DNA from: Hemiscyllium ocellatum
Taxonomy: Eukaryota
Length of the DNA stretch: 63,648 bases
Assembly: GCF_020745735.1 (NCBI RefSeq)
Contig: NW_026867509.1
Coordinates: 1,674,353-1,738,000 of the forward strand
Direction of reading: 5' to 3'
The notes beneath the pieces are model-generated. The model did no database searches. It saw nothing but the letters and a program-made list of their open reading frames with translations, and was not told where the DNA came from. The position numbers and the translations under genes are program-made. Below, one piece after another: positions 37,758 to 50,094 of the stretch; position 1 is the stretch's first letter, and each line of letters opens with the position of its first letter.

Positions 37758-38182
37758 GCTCGTAGTGTGCAGTCATACATGACAAGTCTGTCAGCTGTGC
37801 TGTCTTACCAGTTAGAAGCACAGTTCGATTAGATTAATTGAACTTCAGTGAAAAACGTTTTGTTCTTGAAATTCTTCTGCATTCCCATTCTATGTGTTCC
37901 TCTGTCCCAAAACATCTACTTGAATATTGAAGATACCAGAACAGGTAACGTACATCATTGATTGCATTACAGCAATTACAGAACAATTGATTATCATCTC
38001 CTACATTTACTGAGGTCTCCCCGGGCGCCTGAGAAACAGGGTCTCCTCGGCAATGGTCTAGAAAATCAAAGAAGGGTATTAAGTTAAACATTGACATATA
38101 CTGTAACTTTCTCACCCAGAATCAGTCAGAGAACTGCGAAACTTAGTTTTTGAATTATGCAGAAACGTGTTAAAGACAACAT
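37758..38182 (-). pseudogene. Inverted TCR alpha/delta V pseudogene (candidate leader 38182-38116, V exon 38057-37758)
   Basis: DHCRGDPVSQAPGETSVNVGDDNQLFCNCC..YLFWYLQ..RFSLKFN*SNRTVLLT..TD(frameshift)MYDCTLR; 23-RSS CACATAA (37757-51) + 23 + ACACAAACT (37727-19); the leader contains a TGA. Confidence 0.85.
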
Positions 38183-38784
38183 GCTCTATAACAAACAATT
38201 TAATTTGCTTTAGTGTAGTTTCATTGGCTTCCACGGTGAACCTAGAGGACAAAATATAAAGGAAAAAGCGTAAAAAGTAAAATACACTGAAAAGAGAATG
38301 TAGAAATCTACTGGTCAGAATGGGAAAAATACAAATTGAAGGAGACTAACATTGACTGACAGAGAGGGATAGAGAAAAGCACAAACATAAAGAGAGAGGG
38401 AGGGTGGGGGGAAAGAGAGAGAGAGAGAGAAGTGTAAAGGAATGTGAATACGTTAATTTTTCTAGTGCCTATCAAATCAAATTTGAATTCAACCTGCTGG
38501 CCTCAGACATTCAGCTGATGTATGCTATTTAATTTGAGGACAAGTTCAGGAGGGATCAAACTATTTTCTTCATTTCACTTCAATTTATGGACATTTCTGT
38601 GCTCTGATTCCATGTCATAAATGAAACATCTGTGAGCTGAACTGCCAAATATTTTTCAACGCACCAGTTAAGATAACTACAGCGGTAACGATTATGTTAA
38701 AAATAAGCCCGAACACTTTTGCCTGGAAATGATGATGTATTTGAACAAAAAGTGATTCCACTTGAAATGGTTATTCGTCGAGAA

Positions 38785-38845
38785 ATGAAATATGTACTGA
38801 TATCAGTCACTCTGCTAATTGGCTTCTTGTTGATGGGGACACAGG
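38785..38845 (+). other. Orphan signal-peptide (leader) exon MKYVLISVTLLIGFLLMGTQ G|GTAAC
   Basis: Hydrophobic 20-codon exon with the phase-1 donor typical of V leaders; no intact partner exon found. Confidence 0.5.
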
Positions 38846-39199
38846 GTAACATCCAAGCACGTGGCAAATTAATTGTTTTGCACAAAAAGCCATCAGCTCT
38901 ACATTCCTTGTTCCGAAATTACTGACGTTAGCAAAAGGCGTGGTGAAACGGAGCAATATTGACACAGAATTCTTCAGTGGGACGAATTATTCATTTCCTT
39001 TCATTTTTTGAATCTGTCCTGAAACATGCAAAACAGAAAACATTGCCGGTATAGCATTTATTTCACAATGATGTTGAAATGATTCGCCTGAAGCAGCGAA
39101 TTGGATGTGGACTCATCCCACTGTTTGGTCTTGAAACATAGTCAATCCGTTTCTTCTATCCTTCCAAAGTATCGTCTTTGTTGCAAATGATACGTCTTC

Positions 39200-39535
39200 A
39201 TTTATTCACGTCTTTCTCCTAAGCGTCATGTTATCTCAGTTACATTTCTCTTCGTCTGTAGATTGTTCCATTTCGTTTATACTCTCTCTGTGGATGTTTG
39301 ACTGTTTTCTGCCTCTGTTGCGTCTCCTGACAGGTATTCATAATCCACTCCTCAATTATACGGGAACTTCATGATCCCTTTATTGTGTTCCCTTACTCCT
39401 GTAAGCTTTGATCACTTTATTTCCACATCTATGTGTCTCAGCCCCTTTTGCTTTATGGTTATCTATTGTGTTGTTGTAATATCTCCTTAAATCCGATTTA
39501 TAATATTTCTCATTTTGACGTTTTGTCATGTTTTA

Positions 39536-39570
<35 letters not shown>

Positions 39571-40150
39571 CTCCACCCTCCCCTCTCTCTCTCTCTCTCT
39601 GTGTTTGCTTTTCTCTATCCCGCTCTGTCAGTCAATGTTAGTCTCCTTCAATTTGTGTTTTTCCCATTCTGACCAGTAGAATGCTACATTCCCTTTTCAG
39701 TGCATTTTATTTTTTACGCTTTTTCCTATACCTTTTTTCCTCTAAGTTCATTCTCATTCTCTCCGTGTTTCTTTGTCTATCTCCCTTTATATCAATTTAA
39801 GTTTGGTTCTCTTTTCACGATATTTTCGGGCTCTATATTTCTTTATTTTTCTCGTTTCCTATTGCTCTTAAGTTTTCACTATCATCCCAATTCTGTTCCA
39901 TTATGATGTTGCACTCTTCCTTTACCTATTTCCTTGCCTCTGCCTTTCACATCTGTATTTCAGATTTTAACTCTCCCTCTCTCCGTTTCACTTGACATTT
40001 GGCAACACTTTGATCTCTACCATGTATTGTGTTATGACCGTGTCTCTGTTCCTCTCTTTTGTATTTTTTTTTCGCTTCTTCATTCTTCACATCATTCAAG
40101 CCTCCCTTTGTTTACCTCCCCAAATCACGATGCTTTCCCATCTGTTTGTT
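39200..40150 (+). repeat. Long pyrimidine-rich low-complexity tract including (CT)n at ~39538-39600
   Basis: Direct reading; the hydrophobic ORFs here are compositional artefacts. Confidence 0.9.
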
Positions 40151-41199
40151 TTCTTCCTCTCCACGTTGTGGTCTGTGGAGATGAAGCAATCTGTCCAGCT
40201 CTGTTGTTTCATTGCTACCTTTCTGATGCGTGCAATATTGTGTCTAGTAGTGCAACAGCAGGAAATTGCCATTTGCAGAAAACAAATATGAATCATAGAT
40301 CTTTCGCCAAGTAAGAAGCATTTCATTTTTAATCAAGTCTTTATTTTCTAATAAGATTGCAATTATTGAAAGTCGAATTGTTACAAGAAAATACACGTAT
40401 CATGTGAAGGAAAAAACAGGACTTAAGTGTTGAAATATATGGATTTCTGAAAGTATGAATCAACATTGAACCGCTGGGTTTAGTTTTAGCTATATTTCTT
40501 TGCTGCAGAAATAAAAAGACGAATTTACCCTGAAAACTTCAGTTTCCCCGTACCTGAGGATCTAATCTTCGAACTAGGTCAGGGAAAACTAGAAGTTTCT
40601 TTTCCAACACTGCACTTGAATCGAATACGGTTTACCCCCATCCAGAACTGCCTACAAGTACTAGCGTTGATTCTAGATGTTTATTTGATCAACTAAATTC
40701 AAAGTCCACGTTTCTGTGTTCAAAATCCAGACCATGAAGTCAAATTATTAATCCACCTGGGGTGAATTTCTGACCTTGTAATAATTCCCGATTTTCTGCA
40801 GTGAAGAGACAAATACAAGAATTGAGATCCCTCTTTGAATAATGTGAGGGAAACCATTTTTTCGAGAAAATCTCTAAATTTACAAGTTGTTGGCATGTTT
40901 TCCTGGATATTTATGTCTCATTCTTCTTGCCATTATTCCCAACATTTCATGCTTCAGTTCAGATAAAAATAAACTGATTATTAATATCGAATTCAAACTG
41001 TAAGCTAATTCCACCACCCCAACCCCCATTTTTGATTAATTGCTCAAAAACATTTGCCAATTTAAGTGGCTTAAAGCAAGTAAAACGACCGAAGTCGCGA
41101 TAATGTCATGACCTTCATTTACAACAAAATTAACCTATATAGATAAGAACCGGATTCACTCTCTTTCTCGATGCTGCGAATTTAGCTGCAGTCGCTTCA

Positions 41200-41420
41200 A
41201 TGTTAGTTTGACTTTTGAGGTGAGTTGATTTTATTTCGTCCATTGTAACTGTTCCCATGCATGGAGTGCTTTGGAGTACTGGTTGAAATGAGAGAATCGG
41301 GGAAATTGGATATTCTACGCATTGTAGTTCCAGCGACATGGTAGAAGGATATTGATGTTCGGATAGAGTTTGTGAATAGATTTGCAGAGCGTTCATTTGA
41401 CCGAAGCAGACAGGCATTGA
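41200..41420 (+). pseudogene. Possible degenerate V remnant
   Basis: FVHCNCSHAWSALEYWLK*E followed by frameshifted LDILRI..EFVNRFAERSFDRSRQALS; no YYC or RSS found. Confidence 0.35.
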
Positions 41421-41681
41421 GCAGAAGGGAAGTCTGCTGATGCAGGGAAAGTCAGAATATAGACAAAGAGAAACAACCGAAGAATGTCGACAAGCAAAAG
41501 TGATTGATGTGTGACCTTCATCAGATCTGAGCAATCAACCAATCTTATTTCTTCAGAAAACCCGCTGTGTTTCCCCATGAGTGAAATATGCCCCGATCTG
41601 AATTCACTGTTCTATATCGGATTTGAACTCTCAATATATTTGTAGATTCAATTATTACTGTACAAATCTAGAAGGCGTGTC

Positions 41682-42103
41682 ATGTGTCCCATATGCTCCT
41701 TGCTAATAATTATGTCCGTACTGCTTGGTGAGTCTATGTTTAAATGTTCATGAGTTATATTTTCTGACAGATGTTTGATAGATTGTGTTTTTTTGCAGGG
41801 ACTAATAGCGAAGATGCAACATTCCAGGATCCGCACGAATTCGTAGTCCTGGAAGGACAGAACATAACGCTGAACTGCAGTAAGGCGACATCTTCTGTTC
41901 CAACTGTGTTTTGATACATTCAGCATCCTGGGGACACTGCGGGATATTTAGTGAAAGCATATGTTTCGGGGGAAGGGAGAAACCTCCCAACATGTTCAAG
42001 ACAGGTTCTCTCCTATTTTGTCCAAAGAAAACAACATGTTTCATTTCAAAGTCGCTCGAGTTCTTCTCTCCGACACCGCCGTGTCGTTTTGTGCTTTGGA
42101 ACC
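41682..42103 (+). pseudogene. TCR alpha/delta V pseudogene (leader 41682-41727, V exon 41799-42103)
   Basis: Leader MCPICSLLIIMSVLL G|GTGAGT; GTNSEDATFQDP..EGQNITLNC..VF*YIQHPG (conserved Trp is TGA at 41912); frameshift, then DRFSPILSKENNMFHFKV..SDTAVSFCALEP; RSS decayed to TACACTG + 22 + ACAGAAATG. Confidence 0.9.
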
Positions 42104-43689
42104 TACACTGCTGTAAATACTTCAGTTGCTATACAGAAATGTACCTTGAGACTTCCAACTGATGTCCACGTGAGGGAGTTCCAGACCAATAAACTCAGTC
42201 AATAATACAACACCCAGGATGAGAATCACAAAATCATTAATGAAATAAAAAAAAACACTCAACAAGATCATGCAAGAAAAATACAGGAGAAATCGCCTTA
42301 ATTCTTAATTTAACTTGCAAAATTCATTTTTAAATAAATTATTGCCTGCTACATTTATGCATGTTCTGTCATGTTATCGTTTTCATATACCTCTGAAATT
42401 TACTGTTCATTTACATTTGTTATTGATTTACATTTCACAAAGTAAAACTTTGGTAATTCAGTCTCTAGCATGGACTTCCCTCAATTGTCATTGTTTTTTT
42501 TTCGATATTTGTTCATTGTGTGCTGATGATATTCGTAAGCCAATGTTAACATCTAAAATGACTGTACAGTTGCTTCAAGCCCAACACAGACAGCATAAGC
42601 ATTTCTGTTAGGAGGACATTATTGACACCTGAGCTTGATCTCGTTCAAAGGGAGCTAGTCCCCATCAGACAGATCTTACAACAACATCTTGTACACAACA
42701 ATGTTCGTGCAGAGCATCCTGTAATATTTTCAGAAGATTCCTCAGGAGGTGGATTAGCATGAAATTCCTTTAATTCCATACCTCTTACAGTGCAACAGCA
42801 TCACTGGATTCCTCAAGCAATTCTGATAGATAGCAGGAGGGGGAGGTGAGGGGGAAAACAATTTCTGATAGGTGATTCACGTAAAAAATTGAAGCATCTT
42901 ATCTCTTTCATCAGGCCCAATTCGATTAAAATGTGAAGGAAATCTCTCCCGAAGTGTGAACTGGAATGACTCATGTTGTCTACATTGTAGTGGAATAATG
43001 TGATCTGATAGTCATCCGAAATACAATGGATACCACAAGAAATAACACAGTGAGCCCCTGATGTAGAACAGATGAGCAATCTATTAGCATTTTTCTGGAG
43101 ATGTGTTGCCTCTGAAAGTCTTACATGAAGCATATTAATGTGCTAGTTATATCTAGACATGATATTACCAACCATTCTTATGTTCCTTCAATTGTGGGAA
43201 AGATCATGGAAAAATAAACGAATGAGGATGAAGATCTAACAGGGAGCACACATCTCATGTATGGTGACAGACAATTGCCCAGTTAGAGCTGTTTCTGTTC
43301 ATTAACAGACAGATAATCAATTACTGCTCTGAGAACAGGTCGATAAATACCCAAAAGAACTAGATAAGAGCATCCGAAGAAACAAAATCAGATAATTCAT
43401 TGCGAAGATGAAAAGGGATGTCTTCATATCCTAGCCAGCCCTTTTACATCACGTGCAAGGAAGGTTTTATTACTCAACATTTCCTTTGACTATAGTGTAT
43501 TCCTGGCAGTTCAGAGTTAACAAAGCATAAAAAGCCCCTCACTTTTTTATTCATTTTCGTTCAAACATGTTGTTTTTCTTTAAATCGGAGCCTTGGCTAT
43601 TCTGTCACCCAGCTGTTCTATTCAATCCAAAAACAGGAATTGTTAGAAAAGCTATTATGTGTGGCAGTTTCTGTGAAGAGAAATCAGAA

Positions 43690-44170
43690 TTAACCCTCCC
43701 GTTCTGGCGACCCTTCATCGGAATTGATGCTAGCTAGTAAAATGTCGGATTTTATGCAGAAGCTATGGTGGGGGGAGTGGTTAACGTCTAAATAGTAGAT
43801 GGGCATAGAACCAACCGAGAGGGCGATCTGTTGGAAAGACAAAAGAATGGCTAACGATCTGGATATGAGGATTAATACCCGTTAATGAGACAGTTACTGA
43901 CAAACAATAGGTAGTGTGCAATCGTAGAATAAACAATAATAATGCCTGTGTGCGGTAAGGGGCTCGGACATAGGAAATTTCAATTGAACTCAATAATGAG
44001 TCAAGGGAGCTACGAATTCTCCAAGCAGAAAACAGGGTGTTGTGCTCACCACTTGCACTGAGTTTCACTGGTGCATTGCAGCAACCCTGAGACAAGAATG
44101 TTGGCAAAGAACAGGGCGGTGTACTTGCTATACATGAATGTAAAATGTTGAATTGTAGTGTATTGCACCC
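43690..44170 (-). mobile_element. Penelope-like 3' remnant (endonuclease tail and terminal repeat)
   Basis: Minus strand CCGATGAAGGGTCGCCAG (hammerhead-like core) near 43705-43722; upstream sequence resembles a Penelope endonuclease C-terminus. Confidence 0.5.
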
Positions 44171-44509
44171 ATTTGCAAAAAGCAGCAAGATTATATTCTC
44201 CCTGCTATTTTGAACAAGTGGAGAACAGTGGTTTATTAGATTATTGACTTGTGATTGGATTGGATTGCATTGCCTGAATATTAATCAGATAAACTATTCA
44301 AAATTAGTTTCTATTTCAATGCTGGAAACTGCAATTCAATGTTTTTGGTGTAAGATGGAATAATCTGTTATCATTGTGTTCGACATTTCCATGCACAAAT
44401 TTCATGATTATTACGAAGAAAGTTATTGCAGAGCTGTCTTCATTTTAAACAATAGAATGACATATAGTGATTAATCAAGACAGTTCAATAATATGCTTAA
44501 ATTTACCAC

Positions 44510-45400
44510 AACTACATTGTTTGAGAATGGCGATACTATTACGGTTATCATACCATTAGGCAGATGGTGTGGACTCTCTTGGTGCACCACTATTTATTTT
44601 GCAGGGATAGCAGTGAGTGATTTAACGTGATTGGGTGCATCCTGAATTGGATCTGTGGTATTGACTTTTGGTACAGTGCTCGGTCCACGACCTCCGCCTA
44701 TGAACACAACACAGTGATCATCTATTCCAGACGAAATTGCCCTGCCTGGCTGATTGTGCTATTCACTATCGACCATTTCGTGGTGATGTGTTGCCAGAAA
44801 GAGAAGAGAAGATATTGCATCATTAAACCTGTCTCGCTGTTCATCGGAGTGGGTTGTTTCCTGACCTGCATCCTTAGCCTCCCTTCCTATTTTGAAGACT
44901 GACTCTTGTACAAAGTAGACAGAATTACCTCATTCTGAGACTTCATAGACACATGGAAAAAAACTAACCTTCATGGAGGATCTATGAATGGCTGAATCAC
45001 GTCTTGACGCGTATTCTCTCGATCCTCCCCATTCCACTGCTCAATCTCTCGACAGTCAGATACGTCTTGGTGGCCAGTTATACCTGAATGAGACACTATG
45101 TTGAGGGAAACCATGGTGACCCAGAGATGGCCACCCACAACTGATCCATTTTACTGTGCTTCACCATTTCGCTCAGCTTCATCTTCTTTGGAACATCAAT
45201 GCCATGCTCTCCCTCTATGTTTGGTTAGGGCGAGTCCTACTTTAGAGACTTGGATTTCACAGACCCACAATTTCTGCTTCAACAATCGAATAACAAGCTG
45301 CAGAGACAACAAAATCTTCATTTGAGCAATATCCCAGTAGTTTCAAGGCAAACTCAAGAACTTGCTGGTGTCTTCTATCACATGTCTGGCCAGTTACGAA
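44510..45400 (+). pseudogene. GPR139-like GPCR pseudogene, paralogue of the 61-62.5 kb gene
   Basis: GLSWCTT..GIAVSD; ORF 44627 has IGCILNWI..WLIVLFTIDHFVVMCCQ; PSWRIYEWLNHVL; ORF 45250 has DFTDPQFLLQ; frameshifts; upstream intron also homologous. Confidence 0.9.
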
Positions 45401-46233
45401 TAATCTTGTTATGTTGTTTTCCTTCCATCAGAGAGGATCCGTATGTCGCACTCTCTCCACCCCCCATCCCCCACCACCACCCACGATGGACCCACGTCTC
45501 TCCCTCTGTCTCTCTCTGCCTGTCTCTCTATATCTCGATAGCTCTCTTAAAGTTGACTAACGTTTGTGTGTTCTTGCTTCTCTAATGGAGATATGAACAA
45601 TACATTCCACAGCCTTGATACCCGTGTTCGCTAAAACGAACGGATTATGAAAAAAAACACAAATTGTATGCCGAAGATAGATATGCTAAAACAAGGCCCG
45701 TGCCTGTTATCATTAATGCAGATTTCCAATGATCCGGCTCATTTCTCTTGATATTCACCACTTCCTGTCCTTTCTTCTCAGTCACCATTCTTGGGTGACT
45801 CAATACCTGATTCGCTCTCATTTACGTCTCAGGGTTGTTGTATTGATATAATTGAATCTGCCACTTTGTTCGGGTCCTCATGAACATGCCTCAACAATGA
45901 TCCCGATAGTTTTTGTCATTTCTCTGGATTGTAGAATCGTGCCATTAGTGGTTACGTCCCAATTTAGTTTAAGTGTTTCACAGTCCCAGCAGTTCCAGCC
46001 CATTTCGCACGAACCACCAAACCCCAAACACACCTGAAGTCGTGCTTTACATTTTCCTTTCCACAAAAAGGTCAAGATTATTTTCGTGATTCTTTTAGTT
46101 TCTGTTTCGTTTAATATTGTACAAGGTAATCAGAAACGAGGCTTTACTTCCATTTTACATCAATAAGTCACATTTGCCAGTTCCTGGTTGTCAGTTATCT
46201 CGTCTTCGGCTGTGAATATCCATAAGGATAAAT

Positions 46234-46247
46234 GCGCCACCTTGTGG
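46234..46247 (-). promoter_or_regulatory. Candidate CTCF site
   Basis: Minus strand CCACAAGGTGGCGC matches the core CCASYAGRKGGCRS at 13 of 14 positions; motif only, no functional evidence. Confidence 0.5.
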
Positions 46248-46936
46248 TAGATTTGGATCAATTAGGTGTGTCGCCTTTCCATCACTGAATGTACTATATC
46301 TGTGATTCATTCTTCAGTGAAAGATATGTTATCATGAGGATTGTTTGCCCCCCTCCATGGTAAATATTGTAGACCCTGAATTATAAGTTGTTTGTTTTGA
46401 AAAATGCTAAATAAGATAAAAAATATATAATGTTTTTGGAATTTTGAGAATTCAATATCTCTGATAAATTCGTTGCGTATTGTTCGTACTGAAATTGTGC
46501 TTCTAATCACAGAAACTCCAAAATCCAAATTGTATGAAAATGGAATGCAAAGGTTGACTTGAACTTGTATCTTCAATTTGTCATGGACAGCCACTGAAAT
46601 GGAAATGACAACATTGTTTTCTCCCCAGGATCGTTATTGTTGAATTTCGCCAGCAAAAAGTGCTTTAGTTCAGATCTCCAGTTCATTGTTTTATTGTTTT
46701 AGTGTAATCAGTGATAGGAAATGTAATAAACGCTTGTTCTGATAATGTCATTGAAAGATTCTGCAATTGAAATATTGCTTTCGAAAGCTTTCGACAATTC
46801 GATGAGCTGCACGACGTTAATGATTTCTAAGTTGCATTTGAAGCACAGGACACTTTTTTTCCTGCACGTCAGACATGCAATTGAATATGGTTTCACCATC
46901 GAAGAGGAATCCCAGCCATTTTGTTAGTTTTCTAGC

Positions 46937-46944
46937 TGACGTCA
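46937..46944. promoter_or_regulatory. Full CRE palindrome TGACGTCA (half-site ACGTCA also at 46866-71)
   Basis: Direct reading; CRE motifs are characteristic of TCR V promoters; motif only. Confidence 0.35.
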
Positions 46945-46995
46945 GTCACAACAATGGTCAGATATGGAGACTCGCAGAAAACAGATGCATTTAAC

Positions 46996-47275
46996 AATCA
47001 TAGACGCCCTACAGCGAGAGGCAGACCATGTGGCTCTTCTTGGCCATAACAATCCTCCGAAGAGCATTTCTACCAGACCCACTCCGTCTGTCCTTAATCC
47101 TGTATTTTCAGTGGCTCGTGCTATTCACCAAGACTGCACAACCCCGGGCTCTACGGGCAATATGGCATGGCTAATACACCCAACAGGCATAATTTGGTCT
47201 GTGGAAGAAGACAAGTGCATTTGAAGGAAATCTAGAGAGACACGGAGAAATTAATCAAACTTCACGGTCGGTCGT
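46996..47275 (-). mobile_element. HE1-like SINE, decayed, head missing
   Basis: Reverse complement of the tail (AATCATAGACGCCCTACAG..) and body (CCTCCGAAGAG, GGCTAATACACC). Confidence 0.7.
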
Positions 47276-49134
47276 CAGAGGATAGAGTCGATTCTTGATT
47301 CTTTTAATGACCGAGTCAGCATGCCGCCCAACAGCAACATTTTTATGTGAACAGTTACGTTGGTGGTAATGTCTATCTTTAATCAGAGAGGTTTATTCTG
47401 AGACTCTTATATTATCAGAACTGAGCTGGACATGTTTGTCTCTGTGTCGATCGCTGAAATTCATAACAGCCAAATCACATAATCCCTACAATGAGGAAAC
47501 AAGCCCTTTGACCCAGCAACTACACTTGATCCTCCAAAGAAGGACCCATCCATACCATTCAACTACTGTACAGTATTTACGGGAATGGGTTGTCAATAGC
47601 AATGACAGTTACTTAAGAAAATGATTCATGGCTGACAATAAAAGTGCCACAGTGAAAAAGAATGATACTAGTAAGGAGTTGAGCCAACCATGCTTTACGC
47701 AAAAACTTAAAGAGAGGTTAAGAGGCAAGAGCAGGGATTGGGGATTCTTTTTTAATTACAATGGAAGATGGAGTTCTACACCAAGAATCAAACAAAATCT
47801 CATCTGCTTGTTTAACAAGGTAGTGACCTTTCAGTATACACTTAATGAGTTGAATATGGAGGGTGGGGGGGGGGCGGAGAAATATACAGACAGATAAGAA
47901 ATACAGAGAGGGAGAGAGCGACAGACAGACAACAGAGAGAGAAAGAGAGAGAGAGAAACCAAACCAGCGATGTTTGTCACGTCTCAGATATAGGGCACCA
48001 TTTAAAACAGCATTACGAGAGTTCCATGTAGTCAATACATACTAACAATGGTTTCTCTGGTATCTCAATGCAATGATCAACTATTTACTCGCCAGTTTTC
48101 GTGCAGTGAGGTTTCTTGGGGTGAAGTTATCACCAGGAATATTCACATTATACTTACTTTAAAAGTTACAGCGGTCTTGTAAAGTTATTAGTTATTTATC
48201 AGAATTGCAGGCTTTCAGGTTAATCCGATGTTTTTAGATTTATTGTGTCAACAAATTCCTCCAACGATCCCTCCGCATCATCTTCGAAACTCACACACTC
48301 TCCAATTCAGGACAAAGACATCAAAGTTACCTGAGCAACAGAAGCTTCAAAATCCTGGCCAAAGCATACATACCATTCCGAGTTTGAACTTCATAACGAT
48401 TATTGCACATCCGCCGATTGAAAATCCTAGCCATCCCTTCTTAATATCATTGGCGTGCACACTCACTAGACTGAAAGTCGGTGGCATCGTGGTAACGTCA
48501 GCTGCTCAGATTATGTCTTACTGTTCATGAATCCCATCATTCCATCTGGAGGTATTTGGGCCTGAACTTCTCATAATATGCAGTTAGAACCTTGTGCCTG
48601 GAAATACCAAGATTTCCAGTTCATTGGTGTGTTTTGAACAATATATTGTGTCACTTCAGTGAATTCGTTGGTCTGTTAATCAAACACTCGTGCAATGAAG
48701 GCAAATTTGGAAAATCCAACTGATTCCCTCATCCAAACATCGATAAAGGGTAGTTGGCCAAATGTTAAATGAACAATTCCTTGAATATTTTAGCGAGTTA
48801 GACATATGTTTAATTAATAAGAGAGCCAAGGGATATAATAGTAAGGCAGTAAATGGATATTAAGATCATTAAATCATCCATAATGCCAGTGAAAAGCAGA
48901 GATCCAATTGGACTTAATGTCCAATATCTTGCCCATACATCCTATACTTAATTGCTTTCTAACTGTTATTGATGAAATTCTGGTTGATGTTTATAGACTT
49001 AGAAAGTTAACACTTTATGTGCCCACACAGTCACTGGAAACTGATTACACATGTATGTGAATAATCTTCATGCCACTGCTGCCTTCTAGTGGCAGCCAGT
49101 TATAATTGCGTTCAGAGAAATTGCACAATTTCGC

Positions 49135-49640
49135 GTCATACAGTCACAGAGATGTACAGAACTGAAAGCGATCTTTTGGTTCAATTCGTCCATGCTTTCC
49201 AGATATCCCAAACAAATCTAGATCCAGCTCGGCGAACAGAACCACTACAACAAGCACCCGAGCTACAAATCTTCGCACAAACTTTGAAATCTAGATCCAT
49301 TTGAAAGAATTTTGCGCATATCAATCTAAACCCTTCCTATTCATATTCATTCAGATTCTTTTTGAATTTTGTCATTGTACCAGCCTCAAACACTTCCTTC
49401 AGAAGTTCATTCCATACGTCTGCAATACCCCTCGTGGAAAAGTTGCCTCTTAAATCCCTTTGAAGTCTTTCTCCTCTCACCTTAAACCTATGCCCTCTAT
49501 GACTGGGCTCCTCCCTCCCGGAGAAGCAATCTGGTCTGATCGCCCTATCCATGATCCTCATGATTTTATGAACTTCTAAAACGGAACCCCTCCGCCTCCA
49601 AAGCTTCAAGAAAACAGTTCCAGCCTGTTCAGCCTCTCAC
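49135..49640 (-). mobile_element. CR1 LINE 3' end
   Basis: Minus ORF 49337-49609 has GHRFKVRGERLQRDLRGNF..VWNEL. Confidence 0.85.
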
Positions 49641-49799
49641 TACAGCTCAACTCTGGCAGAATTCTTGTAAATCTTTCGGCAATGTGTTCAGCTTTAAGAC
49701 AGATGTAACTAATGTAGTCATTAATTGTATGGGCATTAATTCTTCATTGTTGTAATGATCTTTATATCTATTTAGCAATCGAAATGACTTCAATGAACA

Positions 49800-50056
49800 A
49801 AGTATAATGCAAAAGTGGAGAGAATGGCTGCAGTGGAGTTGAACAGGGTGCAATTACAAAAGAATGTTTTCATCATCGCACAGTTAGCACAAAAATTATA
49901 GGCTGCTCAGACTGTTTGTGTTGTGCTATTCTATGACTGACTATGACCGCAAGTTGCTTCTCTTGATTGAATCAACAAGAAGTTACGCCACTATCGTTGT
50001 TGGTGGTCCTGAGTTATCACACAGTGACGTGTACCACTGTACAAATGGTGTACTGA
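49800..50056 (+). pseudogene. Highly degenerate V remnant
   Basis: One frame reads CNYKRMFSSSHS*HK..LLLLIESTRSYATIVVGGPELSHSDVYHC, then CACAAAG with no nonamer; truncated by LINEs on both sides. Confidence 0.45.
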
Positions 50057-50094
50057 CACAAAGACAGAGCACTCCTATAGACTGTGAATTTCTT

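Noticed and set aside
39433-40314. Hydrophobic ORFs resembling membrane proteins
   Set aside because: Translation of a CT-rich low-complexity tract
45907-45945. AGTTTTTGT nonamer as a possible J or D signal
   Set aside because: No heptamer at 12 or 23 nt
45878-46075. Cys/Trp-rich minus ORF (CEMGWNCWDCE)
   Set aside because: No proper splice acceptor and no family match recognised
46781-46794. 14-bp palindrome TCGAAAGCTTTCGA
   Set aside because: Isolated, and not improbable in 64 kb
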